The position numbers were made by a program, and so were the translations under genes. From Mayamaea pseudoterrestris (taxonomy: Eukaryota): a DNA stretch of 64,000 nt. The stretch spans positions 372,001 to 436,000 of the forward strand of contig BROI01000002.1 in the NCBI GenBank assembly GCA_027923505.1. The letters are read 5' to 3'. This document shows positions 47,046-58,048 of the stretch, piece after piece (positions within the stretch are counted from its first letter, which is position 1; every line of letters starts with the position of its first letter). Under the pieces are notes generated by a model. The model saw only the letters and a list, made by a program, of their open reading frames with translations, was not told where the DNA came from and made no database searches.

Positions 47046-48552
47046 CTACGACTCCTCACTGTCAGTCCCAACGGAAGCAGAATTGCTTACCTTCTCTGCT
47101 GCGCTCGCTTTGACATTGGACTCGTCGTTGACAGTCCCCGCCTTGGTTGCAGCAGCAGCGGCAGCAGCATCTTCGACTAGCTCCAGCTCGGATATACGCT
47201 TGATTTGCGGAATCAAGTCGGGTCGTCCCTCGATGAACAGCGGATGCGCATAGCATCCCTTGTTGACTCCCTAGTGACGAGGACGGACGCAACTGGTGAG
47301 GCATTCAAAGTAGAGTTGCAGAGAAACGAAAAACAGTTCATCGTTGAATTGTTGAATCGCACCTGCAGCAGATACGCACCTCGAGGATTCGCAACCAGCC
47401 GTACATTGACAGCTGTCGTTGAAAAGAAGCAAAGTTTTTGTGTCTCTGTCGAACAAGGGAACGAAAAGCTAGAGTGATGAGAGCCACGCTGGTTGCTGCA
47501 TTGCAAATGATCTTATTTGACACAAAGCAACAACTTACAAAGTATTTTGGAAAGACATGCTTCGTCAGCTCCTTTGGCTGCGGGATTCGCACGGCGCTTC
47601 CATCAGCGGTAAAGTGAATCAAGTGACCATGCCTTTCAAGCTTGGCAGTTTCAATCATGCGAAGAAGCTTGCTCGGAAAGGTTACGGTTCGATATTGTCG
47701 GCGAGTGGCGCACTTGAGTCGAACGTTGCCAGGCATTTCACCGGAAGCAGACGCTGCGGCAGCCGCCGCCAGCACCAGTGTTGGAGACTTGATGATGGTG
47801 CGATTAAATGAAGATGGAGATTGCTGCTTATTATTTGATGCTGATATGATAGAACTAGATTGCTTCGAGTCGGGCTGGCCGGTTGCTGCTGCCGATGCTG
47901 AAAATTCAAGCGGTCCTCGACTGCTGCTCCCTGCTTCGCTCCGGTCAGTGCTATAGTGCGCTCCCATTTTGCCTGAGAGTAGCTGATCCAGATTTGATAT
48001 TCCTATAGATGTATCGAAGGCGCCGAGTCGTGGGAAATTTGATGGTTGTTGCTGCTGCTGCTGCCTTGAATCAGTTGAAAGGTTGACGCTTGCTGGAAAC
48101 GGCAGTTGATTAGCGATTGATTTCTGCTGCATGCTCAGCGGCAGCAAGGCTTGATGAAGCGATAGTGAAGGATATGCAGGTTGAAGAGCAGCCGATGATG
48201 TCGAAGATGAATATGGTACTGCAGGCAGCGACCATGTTGAAGCGTTGCCTAATCCAGCATCCATATGCAGCGGCTGCAGTTGCGGCGCGTGCGCCGGCAC
48301 TGGCGCAGATTGATACAAAAGATTATCTTTGGATTGAAGTGACTGCGCGAGCATATTTGACAGCCGCAAGGCTCGAATTCGTCTCTCATGCTGCAGTAAA
48401 AGCATCAACTCTGGCGAATATTCAGTCGCTGAAGCAGCGAGTACCTCCAGTTGCTGCAGCCGCCTCGCCGACTCGCTGGTTTCTGAAAATTGAGATGCAT
48501 CTTCTGATGGAGTCTCTGCGTCTCTTCCATCACCAAGAGAGCGAGAGTTCAT
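47046..48552 (-). CDS. HSF-type transcription factor (paralogue 2); exons 48552-47539, 47445-47380, 47270-47046
   Basis: FPSKLLRMI..FPKYF|RHKNFASFQRQLSMYGWLRILE|GVNKGCYAHPLFIEGRPDLIPQIKR. Confidence 0.87.
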
Positions 48553-50333
48553 TATCAAAGGCGAGACTCGCTGTCAGTCAATATATGTAAAGGAAGGAGT
48601 ATGCCTGCACAGCAGTGCGTCGTCGCAGTTTTGTTGGCTTCTCGTTGCTCTTCGAAAGCCACGGACGTTCCACTTTAAGAAGGGCCCACTGACTCATGGG
48701 ACATCGAGATGACATCGCATTCTACTATTGCCGGTCATTGATTCTTGGATAGGCATATACAAAACATACGTCGGGATCATTTGAAATGACTCAAAATTAT
48801 TGCCTCGAACACTTTGCATGCATACCTCGCGGTCATTTGCAACCTTTCATTCATGCATAGCGGAAGTAGTGATTCCCATCGGCGAAATAATTGATTCGGG
48901 GCCATTGCTTTGATACCGTTGTTATCAAGTGAGTATCCAGCGACAAAACGATACAGTCGACGACTGATTTCTACGATTAGTTATGAGCACGTTGTTATTG
49001 ACGGCCGGAGTTTTAGGAGCTATTGCATGGCTGCATGCACAACAAGATTGGTGTAATGGAAGGAAGTGGCGATGGTGGATGGTGTTTGGCGTCGGCCTTG
49101 CGTGTTGCATGTTGCATGAGTTCTTTTTGCTGACTTTTCCCTCAATGCCGGAAGTGTCAACATGAAGCTCGGACTCTCGCAAGAGACCCCTTCGTTGTGA
49201 GTTGTAAGCCGAGCCTTGAATATCTCCCGTTCGTGGAATCTAAGATGCAAGTCGCTGACGAGCTGACAAGAGGGTGGTTTACGGGACATGATTCAAGTCT
49301 GCTGCGCGCTGACATGAGACGAGGTTAGATGGTAGGCCGAGGACATTGAGACTCTTTACAGATGGGAAATCTTTTCATGACTTCGACTACCCGCTGGACG
49401 TTATGCTTGCCCAGACACTATGCCTTCAAGACGCTGTGCGCTAGGCTACTGCATGAGGTTGCTCAAATTTCCGTCGCTGCCGATGTATCATTCCGATTCG
49501 CTGTATATCATACACTTGGACATTGTCAGAGCAGCTGCGGTGACACCTGTTGTCCCGCCTCGCACCAGAGGGTTGCGCGACGGATGAACGCGTCATAAAC
49601 AGCAAACGCCGGACCTATCGCAACTATGATGCAATCCAAACTCGCTAAATAATGTGGAGTTTTCCTTATCAGCTTGTACCTACTTTCATGGATAAATCCT
49701 TTGCACCTTAGAAGGTATGAATGCGACAACTGGTGGGATAGATCAAGGTGCTAGCACAACAGCGGACTTCCACCTTGTAGGATGGACTCCCTTATCTTTA
49801 GCAGAGAAGAATGGCAGCTGCTAAGCTTCGATAAGAGTTGTACCGGTAGGCAATGCCGTACATTGTATGATAGTTTACGGTAGTTCTTGCCGAATGTCGG
49901 TAGCTTTGGTGATACTACGACACGAGAAAGTGATGGACGATCGCGAAGCCATCTCGAAAACTCAGTCATTTTGAGAATTCGAAGAACCAATCATTGGCTC
50001 AGAAATTGCCACGTACATTCATCGTCACAGTATCATTTGCGAGAATATCACGCGAAGCCATCCAATCAGCGCGTCGATAGACGTCAGCCTACAGACACCG
50101 CCAGTGTATCAATCACAAATTGATTCGGAAAGGCGAAAACGGAAGCTGTTGCCCAAACATGCCTTGCTTGGCAATCATTCGTTCGACGGCCATTGCTATA
50201 GCTACGCAAGTTAAGGAACATCACGATGATGACTGACTAGACTACTAAGGAAATACTCTCAATACTGACGATATGAGACAAAAAGTAACTCAACAGTGCC
50301 AAAATTGAACAAGATTGACTGTCATTTCGCATT

Positions 50334-51712
50334 CTACTCGTCGTCATCCTTGGCCTTGGGCTTGCCTGATCCCTTTTGCGCGGGAGCTTCCAGCTCGGAG
50401 ACTCGCTTGATTTGTGCCACCAAGTCTGGTCGATTCTTGCGAAAGAGTGGATGCATGTATGCGCCTCGGTTAGGGCCTGTGATTGAACGAGCGAGACTGA
50501 GTGACTCGACCTTTTTGACGACAAGCCAAGCTGAAAATGATGCACGAATTTACCTTCCATGATTCGCGTGAATCCATACATTGATAGCTGTCTACGAAAG
50601 GAAGCATAGTTTTGATGTCGCTGTGAAAAGAGGACTAAAGGTTTGAGGCAAGTGTTCATCGCTTTAACTTTTGACGACTATTCTCGACTCACAAAAAACT
50701 TTGGAAAGAGCTCCAGCTCTAGAAATGGCGACGTTTGAAAGGCAGTTCCATCTGATGTAAACGAAATCAAGTGCTCCAAATCCAGTCGCTTTGCTTCCTC
50801 CATCATATTCAAGAGCTTCATTGGAAATGGTTCGCTGCGATAGCGTCGGCTCGTGGCGTCGGAGGAATAAACGTTCGTCGACGACGCCGTTGCGGCACTC
50901 GTATTTCCAGTGTTATCCGACTCGGATATGCGAGGCACTGATTGACTGTCTTGACGAGACACTGATCGAGAAGATGCAAATGATTGCTGTGGATTGGATT
51001 CATTGTCAAACCGAGGGCGCTTCATGGGGAGTCGTCGGCCCGAGAGAAGCGTTCCTTCCTCGCGCGCTCGAATACTTGGTCTTCTGGAGACTGCCAATTC
51101 CCTGGATCGAGCTGCAGCCTGCTCCAACAGTAGCTGCTGCTGCAAACGTTCTTGCTGCTGCTGAATCAAGCTGGAGGATGGTGCTTGCAGATAATTGTTG
51201 AGCGGAAGGTTTGATCCAAGTAATGGCCACTGAGGAGACGTTGAATTCATCAACTGCTGTCGTTGAAGAAGCAGCGCATGCTCCTGCGCCAAGACTTGAC
51301 TCAAGTGAGAATTGGGTAATAGAGGGTTCGCATACACTGCCTGCGACCGAGCCAGTGCTGCAGCCTGCAGTAGCATTTGCTGCTGCGAGGCAGCTGCCGA
51401 TGCCATGGCAGTGTAGTATCGCTCCGCTGCCGTTGGAAAGGGCGAAGCGAAAGGATTTACAGCCAGCATATTGCTCGGTATTTGCAATGCATTACTATTG
51501 ATTCGCTCCTGGAGAAGCATGTCTAGCACGTTTGCCGAAGATTGTGGGAATTGTGAGGCGACTCCTGGTACAGCGAGAAAAGCCGGCTGTTGTGAAAGTT
51601 GCTGCTGCTGATTGCGAGCCAAAAGTAATGCTTGCAAGGCTTGAATCTCTGAGTCGGGTTCTATTACCTCAGCATCGTTATCATCTTCTTCTGCACGATG
51701 GTTGGGTTCCAT
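50334..51712 (-). CDS. HSF-type transcription factor (paralogue 3); exons 51712-50693, 50620-50554, 50476-50334
   Basis: FPMKLLNMM..FPKFF|RHQNYASFRRQLSMYGFTRIME|GPNRGAYMHPLFRKNRPDLVAQIKR. Confidence 0.87.
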
Positions 51713-52186
51713 TGGAATGGGCGGTTGCGAAACATGCGATGCGACTTGATAGCGTATGTAGGGTGACTACCTACAATCGACTTCTGTGATATTCTCATGG
51801 CCGCCGACGTAGCGAGGTCACATTTTCGCGCGATGCATGTTCGCGAAGATTGGGTTCGAACGTCAACCTGACGCTGGGAAGCGATACTGAAAAGAAAACT
51901 TTGTGGCAGAAAACAAGGAGCTATGCTATGTACATCATGAATTCGCGATGATCCACCGGCAAGAGAGTGAACATTGGAAAACGTAACGTCATGTAGCGCT
52001 CCGGTCGAAGAACTATGGTTCACAGTCAGCTGTTAAAAGATGATGCAGGGCTGGCTCCGCGAGACCAAGCAGATAAATTTTACTAGCAATCAGCTTTGGT
52101 TCCAGCAATTGGGTGTGCAGTTGTATAGAAGATTTCTATGCTGTCGGAATAACAAGTGAAGTGATCCGTGGCTAACTCGAGAGAGG

Positions 52187-52777
52187 CTATTTGACCGTCT
52201 GTCGAGTAACAACATCGAATTTCTTCGCGGGCACGGTGGTTCTTCGTCGTTTCACCTGGTCACGATACAAGCGCTGGCCGCATTGAATCTGGTTTGGCGG
52301 ACAGCCGGCTTGCTTACACCCAACTCCACCATCGCAAAGGAAAACATAGCCGCGACCACACACCGGTGCACAAGCAATAAGCGTATATACGTCGTCGCCG
52401 TCAACTATGACTTTGACAGCCGAGGCAGAGTTCACAATAACTTGCTCGTGGTTTTCGTCAGTGTAGTAGAGAAGCATTTCTTTCTCGTAGAATTTTGACG
52501 AACCAAAGTAGCGCGGATAGTCCTTGATTGCGCTAAACGCCTTCTGACGGACGAATGTCAAGAACTCTGCAGCTTTCTTATCATTTGCGTTGATATACTC
52601 GGTAACATCCAGCAAGATACTCATGCGTCTCGTGGAATACTGGCAAGCCACCTTGAGCACTCGAGGACCTTGCTGCTTGGGCTCGACCTCCATACCAATG
52701 ACATATGACGACGAGGACGAAACCAATGTGCCGTCCGACATCGCCGTGCCCGCAAAGCTATCAATGTTCTTGGTCAT
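52187..52777 (-). CDS. Hypothetical protein with PB1-like segment and Cys cluster
   Basis: 196-aa ORF. LYYTDENHEQVIVNS resembles the PB1 OPCA motif. Five Cys lie near the C-terminus. Confidence 0.5.
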   Translation of the reverse strand: MTKNIDSFAGTAMSDGTLVSSSSSYVIGMEVEPKQQGPRVLKVACQYSTRRMSILLDVTEYINANDKKAAEFLTFVRQKAFSAIKDYPRYFGSSKFYEKEMLLYYTDENHEQVIVNSASAVKVIVDGDDVYTLIACAPVCGRGYVFLCDGGVGCKQAGCPPNQIQCGQRLYRDQVKRRRTTVPAKKFDVVTRQTVK

Positions 52778-53398
52778 GGTCTACTAATTTGGCAAAATGA
52801 ATTACAAAGACCAACATAAATTTGTGCGATACTGTGACGGACGATATCTTTTACAGGTAAACCTAGATTGGGCTCTCAACAAGGCGTCCCTTGAAAGTCC
52901 CAAGATTTCGCATTTCATCGCAAGGCTAAAGCGTCAATGAGTTCCACAATACATTTGCACGCGCAATGGGATGTTTCTTTAGCATTTCTCTGTTCATTCA
53001 CAATGTATTACAAATTGTTGCATATGCGAACATAGCGGTATCTCTTGCGTCTCGAGTCTAAATGAACTTTGCCTCAAGTGGGATAGCTCGCAATCGCATC
53101 GGTATTAACTGCGACATTCGAAAGGCGAAGAACGACGCGCGATGACGAAGAAGTGATGGCGACGATGCACACTTCTTGGAGACCTAATCACTTTTGAGCT
53201 TGATCAGTGCTAAACAAGTAGATTATTAGTATCCAACTAGCGACATCCAGCGCATATAGAAGAGACTCCTGCAGTGCCAGTCAACACGTTCTTGCTTCCT
53301 TTAAACTCAAATCTCAACCAATATTCGCTGCTATTCGGCAAGCTGCACGTTTCGCTTCAGCCATTACAAGCGAGACTTGGACGCGTTTCAGTTCAAGC

Positions 53399-54556
53399 AT
53401 GACTGTTAATGAAAGAAATAATGTCAATGATGAAACTAATATACGACAAGAGACAGCTCCTGAAGTGCATATTCGTCGGCATGCGACCCAAGTCGCCATG
53501 GAAACCCTTTCCTACAAGTCCATTGTCAACAGCGTCACGGCAGGCTACGTGGCTGGTGTTTGCGGAACCGTCATTGGACATCCATTTGATTCGGCCAAGG
53601 TATGGTTGCAAACCAAGGACTATTCAGTGGTTGGAACAACGAGAAGTGTCAGTAGCAGCAACGCAACTGCAGCAAACGTGGCATCAGCCGCATCGCCTGC
53701 AACATCAATCAGCAGCAACAACAACACCTTTCAGTTCACTACTCTTCGACAATACGCCACAAAATCATTGGATTACACGCGAGCACTATACCGAGGCGTC
53801 TCTGGCCCGTTACTAACCGTCGGCCTCGTCCAGTCGGTCAACTTTGCCGTCTACGATGCCTCGCGGCGCATGCTGTACGGACTCGATTATCCGGATCAAG
53901 CTTCCTCGGGCAAAAGTCTCGACTACTTGCACCATGACAGTTTAACGAACGTGGCCATGGCCAGTGCATTCTCCGGTTCCGTCTTGTCACTTTTTACGCT
54001 GCCAATGATTACCATCAAGACGCAGCAGCAGGTGCGCAACGTAAGCTTGCGGCAAGCTTTGACGGAACTGTCGTGGAGGCAGGCACGTCGGGCAATGCTT
54101 CCGCACGTTGCCACGGAGACGGGTGGACGGGCCATTTACTTTGGCACGTATGAAGGACTCAAGCGATACTTGCTCGCGTATCAGCAGCAGCAATCGGCAC
54201 TGCAGCAACTGCCATCAAGTACGTTTCATCACGACACATCATTCACCCTACACAACGTCAAGCACGACACCAAGATTAGCCTGCAGCAACGCATGCTTTG
54301 CGCCGCCGCCAGTGGCTTGACCTGCTGGACGGTCATTTTCCCACTCGACGTTCTTCGGTCTCGCCTGCTGGCTGGTCACGACGCGACGGCTCACGTTAGC
54401 GCGTGGCAGGCCACCAAGGACTTGTATAAACAGTCTGGTGTTCGCGGCTTTTACCGGGGCTTTTCCGTGACAGTCTTAAGGGCGGGGCCAGTCGCGGCGG
54501 TGGTGTTGCCCATTTACGATGTGGCGCTGGAGGCACTGTCGGCGTGGAATGTTTGA
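53399..54556 (+). CDS. Mitochondrial carrier (SLC25, carnitine/basic amino acid-like)
   Basis: PFDSAK and PLDVLR signature motifs, LYRGVSGPL, GFYRGF. Confidence 0.88.
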   Translation: MTVNERNNVNDETNIRQETAPEVHIRRHATQVAMETLSYKSIVNSVTAGYVAGVCGTVIGHPFDSAKVWLQTKDYSVVGTTRSVSSSNATAANVASAASPATSISSNNNTFQFTTLRQYATKSLDYTRALYRGVSGPLLTVGLVQSVNFAVYDASRRMLYGLDYPDQASSGKSLDYLHHDSLTNVAMASAFSGSVLSLFTLPMITIKTQQQVRNVSLRQALTELSWRQARRAMLPHVATETGGRAIYFGTYEGLKRYLLAYQQQQSALQQLPSSTFHHDTSFTLHNVKHDTKISLQQRMLCAAASGLTCWTVIFPLDVLRSRLLAGHDATAHVSAWQATKDLYKQSGVRGFYRGFSVTVLRAGPVAAVVLPIYDVALEALSAWNV

Positions 54557-54842
54557 GTGATGATTTGACGATTGGCATGTCAGCATGCAGTAGGTCATGC
54601 GCTGGCATGATGATAGTGCATCTACTTGTACGGTAGAATTGACGCGTCTGAAACTGACCGACTGCGAGCAAAGTGTCTAATCACACCGCCCGATTTCTCT
54701 ACCTACTACTCATCTTCTCCCATGACGGTTGCTTTCCATCCGGTGCTACATTGTGTAGACAAAACAAGAACGTCCACAAGAGAAGCAAGATGATAGGCTA
54801 GAGATGATACAAATATAGACTCTCGATGTTGTCTGATGGCAA

Positions 54843-55914
54843 CTAGACGCATTTCTTGCCCTTTAGCTGAGAATGGTGAGTTCCCATGAACTTATCAAGA
54901 AATTCAATCTCGGCATAGTTAACGTTCAAGTAGCAGTGGTGATAGTAGTGATACTCTCCGTCAAACAACCAACCCAGAATCCCAGGCGCACCTCCAAAGC
55001 CGGAGTGCCCACAGGCTCCATCCCAGCCGTGCCAGGCAAAGAGACAAAGATGTGTGGCCAAGTGGGTGGGGAACAGCAACACGCAGAAACCAAACGACGG
55101 CAGCTCCATGACAATGTACTCCACAAAGGAATCCAGCCAGGCGCCACTTGCGATAATTTGCTGCAAGATTGTCAAGTAAGGTGAGCACCGAACGGTGTAG
55201 TTAAGCAGTGTGGGTGTGATTGATGAAGCAGAAGGTTTACACACTCACCTTTGGATTCATGTGGTGCCGCCGATGGAATCGATAAAGAGTCGGGTGGTGC
55301 AAAGCGTAGTGTACCGCAAACGCCCAAATCTTTCCAAGTACGTAGCCTGCGACGAGCTTGGCGATAGACTCAACTAACGTATCATGCGATTCTGTGAAGC
55401 GGCCAAAGACCTGTGAGCGGGCTTGCCACAGCCTACACATATCACGCGCCACAACTTACGCGAAACTTCCTTGGCTCGATACCAAAAGCAAAAGGTCATG
55501 AACGGAACAAAAAGTAGAGCCATGTCGAGGCAGAAGCTCTTCCATCCTTCGATGTAGTGCTCTATGGTCGCGACACGACGCGGATTCATTGAAAATTCTT
55601 TCCATTTGCCCGACAAATCGAGGTACATGACAATAGCGCAACATATCGCATGGCTGGTCATCAAGATAACCGCAGCTTGAAGTGCTTTTTGGAGCGCATA
55701 CTCAATCTCACTCATGCAGGGCAACTGCGTCAAAAGTTATTTGGGTTTGGAGCGGACGAAAAGTATTACTTTGAGTTTTGTGAGATGCGCCGAAGGGTGG
55801 CACCAAACCAACCTCGACGACCTCAACCGACTCGAGAGCTACGCGGCGCCGTCCAACGTATATCACAATGGGCCTCGTAACTTTGTCTCCTTCCGATTGC
55901 AACGTTTGTACCAT
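54843..55914 (-). CDS. Fatty acid hydroxylase / sterol desaturase family protein, about 4 exons
   Basis: His boxes HYALHH, HRRHH, HSG..HYYHH. GT-AG introns join ORFs 55708-55974, 55374-55733, 55237-55452 and 54843-55244. Confidence 0.8.
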
Positions 55915-56203
55915 CGTTGCACTTGGACAAAAGATGCGCGCGTTGAAACGATTCGTGATCGCCGGTCGTGCCATCGTAAACGCAAGTGTCAGTTGTGAAT
56001 TTTATTAGAGCTCGACGAGTGTCGCTTGATTGAAAACGGACCAGAGAATCGTTTTCATGATCAAAATAATTGGCAGCGCTCGCCAATTATTTATGCTCGA
56101 AGCATGACGATGCAAACAATACTACCGGTAGTCATTGGAGTTTAAAGTTGGCCATATTTATAGCTTTTATGTAAGTAGCACAAGGGTTTTTGTAGCAAGA
56201 TGG

Positions 56204-57493
56204 TCACACAATCTGAATTGACGGCGCGTCATCCATAGACGCTGACAATGGCTCCCTTTTCGTATCATCAGATTCATGGTCGTTAGCCTTATCATTGCTA
56301 TCATCGCCCGCTAGGTTCACCACCAGAAAACCGATCGACACGGCGACTGCGCCTGCAAAAGACAAAACTGTCCCGACGGCCTTGCCAAGCATGGCATCGG
56401 CCAAGAACGCCATGGGTATCGTCAATCCCAATCCAACCGTGGCAATGGTGGCATTGGTCAAAATGATGGAGCGAAACAGCAGATAGTCGGTCAATACAAA
56501 GTCCATTGCTCCTTTGATCAGAATCAGTCCAAAAATGGCCCATGTGAGCTGGATCTGCGCACTCGCAAGAATGTAAATGGCAACCGGCAGTAGCGGAACA
56601 AAGCAAAAGCAGCCAATGTAGCCCAGTAGCAGCTGCATGCTATACAGTTCCTCATTCTGGGGACAAAAGACGCGAACCTGAATTGTATAGACGGCGTAGC
56701 CAACAGCCGCTAGTACAGCAAACAAGTCTCCGTAGACTGCCGACTTGTTGTTGCTGCTCATTGCCATCATGTCATCATTGCCAACGTCGAAGATGCTGCT
56801 GCTTTCGTTCGAGTCCTGAACGGCCGTCAGCGCCGTCCCAACCACGCTCAGCAACACTCCCACCAGTTTCGCATGACGGTAACCTTCCAATCGCAAAAAG
56901 ACTGCCAGCAGAAACACCAGGACCGACTGCGTCGACACCAGCACGGTGGCCGATGCCACGGACGTGTTGGAGAGTGCCGCGTTAAAGGCCCAGTCGGCGC
57001 CAAACATGGCGGGCGCAATGTATGCAGCAGCCATGACGTGTTTGGAATGGTTCCAAACGGAGATATGGTCATGGATGAGATTGTGCGATTGATGGATTAT
57101 TAAGTTGTAGTAATCGGATATTCGCGACGCCTTGGTAGTCTCTTGGCTAAAGTCTGCATAGGAGGCAACGCTTGACTGATGCGATTGGGACACTTTGCTA
57201 TCAGAATTAGCTGACTGATGTGATTGAGTTATTTTGCTGTCAATACTAGCAGCCTTGTCTTTCGTCCTCGCATTCCGTCGATCCTGCATCAGCTTGACTG
57301 GAAGAAAGACTGCAAGCAAGGACATGCCAATGTAGCTCATGAGAAAGGGCGACTGAAAATTTAGGGCGTCATACAAGTATTGCGTGATTATGGCGGCAAG
57401 AATCCAAACAATGCATTGCAGAAATATGAACAAGAGTCCAAGCACGTAGCGATATGCCGCCGGATTGGTCAACGAAGATAGTGTGTAGTTCAT
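56204..57493 (-). CDS. DMT/EamA transporter, SLC35F5/Thi74-like
   Basis: About 10 TM helices; SPFLMSY, NAALSNTSVAS, GDLFAVLAAVGYAVY, TVGLGLTIP. Confidence 0.87.
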   Translation of the reverse strand: MNYTLSSLTNPAAYRYVLGLLFIFLQCIVWILAAIITQYLYDALNFQSPFLMSYIGMSLLAVFLPVKLMQDRRNARTKDKAASIDSKITQSHQSANSDSKVSQSHQSSVASYADFSQETTKASRISDYYNLIIHQSHNLIHDHISVWNHSKHVMAAAYIAPAMFGADWAFNAALSNTSVASATVLVSTQSVLVFLLAVFLRLEGYRHAKLVGVLLSVVGTALTAVQDSNESSSIFDVGNDDMMAMSSNNKSAVYGDLFAVLAAVGYAVYTIQVRVFCPQNEELYSMQLLLGYIGCFCFVPLLPVAIYILASAQIQLTWAIFGLILIKGAMDFVLTDYLLFRSIILTNATIATVGLGLTIPMAFLADAMLGKAVGTVLSFAGAVAVSIGFLVVNLAGDDSNDKANDHESDDTKREPLSASMDDAPSIQIV

Positions 57494-57884
57494 GATGAGA
57501 ATGGAATGTGCATGGCTTATGGCTCACTCCTTACTCTCGTTGGCTGTTGGCTTGCTTCCTGCTTTCAGCTGCAACGAAAACTAAATGTGACTTGCAGATG
57601 TCTTCGGTTCAGTTGCAGTTTCGAATGTTGAGAGCACCGCGTAAGTCAAACATGGCTGTTGCTTCGTTTGCGAGGTCGTTGGCCGTTTCAACAATCCGTT
57701 TGACTCTCGAATGTGAAGCAGCCTTTGGCATTTGATGCTCGACACCCTGCCGCCCGGCGTTCGAGCGCGACGAGCCTCGCTAAGCAAGGCGTTCCGTCCT
57801 AACAAAGCCCTGCGTTTGCCTTGCGCGGTCGTGACAAGTGCGTCCTGCCTCTAAATAGACTTGGATACTTAGAGAAATGTCACT

Positions 57885-57895
57885 TGGCGAGCCAG
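57885..57895 (+). other. Primer-binding site TGGCGAGCCAG (tRNA-Arg type)
   Basis: Lies 2 nt after TGTCA and is complementary to the ...CUGGCUCGCCA 3' end of a tRNA-Arg. Confidence 0.72.
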
Positions 57896-58048
57896 TCACG
57901 CCAGCGTGTTGGCGACTCAACAGCTCCTTCCACGGTGCTGGTTTCGATCCTTTTTGCCTCACACCCCTTGACCGACGAGCATCTCCTGCCTCTTCTGTCT
58001 CCTTTTGTTGCTCCTTTGCTCCTTTAACCATCTAAACAAGCCTTTATC

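Noticed and set aside
48983..49165. 60-aa hydrophobic ORF between HSF genes
   Set aside because: No homology cue or coding signal; likely chance.
51845..51870. GGGTTCGAAC resembling a tRNA T-loop
   Set aside because: No T-stem pairing or cloverleaf.
57180..57241. Duplicated DSK(I/V)xQSHQS segment in the SLC35F5-like loop
   Set aside because: Simple in-frame tandem duplication in a variable loop.
57832..57882. TGACA...TGTCA inverted ends as a complete LTR
   Set aside because: Only 51 bp, too short; the true LTR start cannot be fixed without the 3' LTR.
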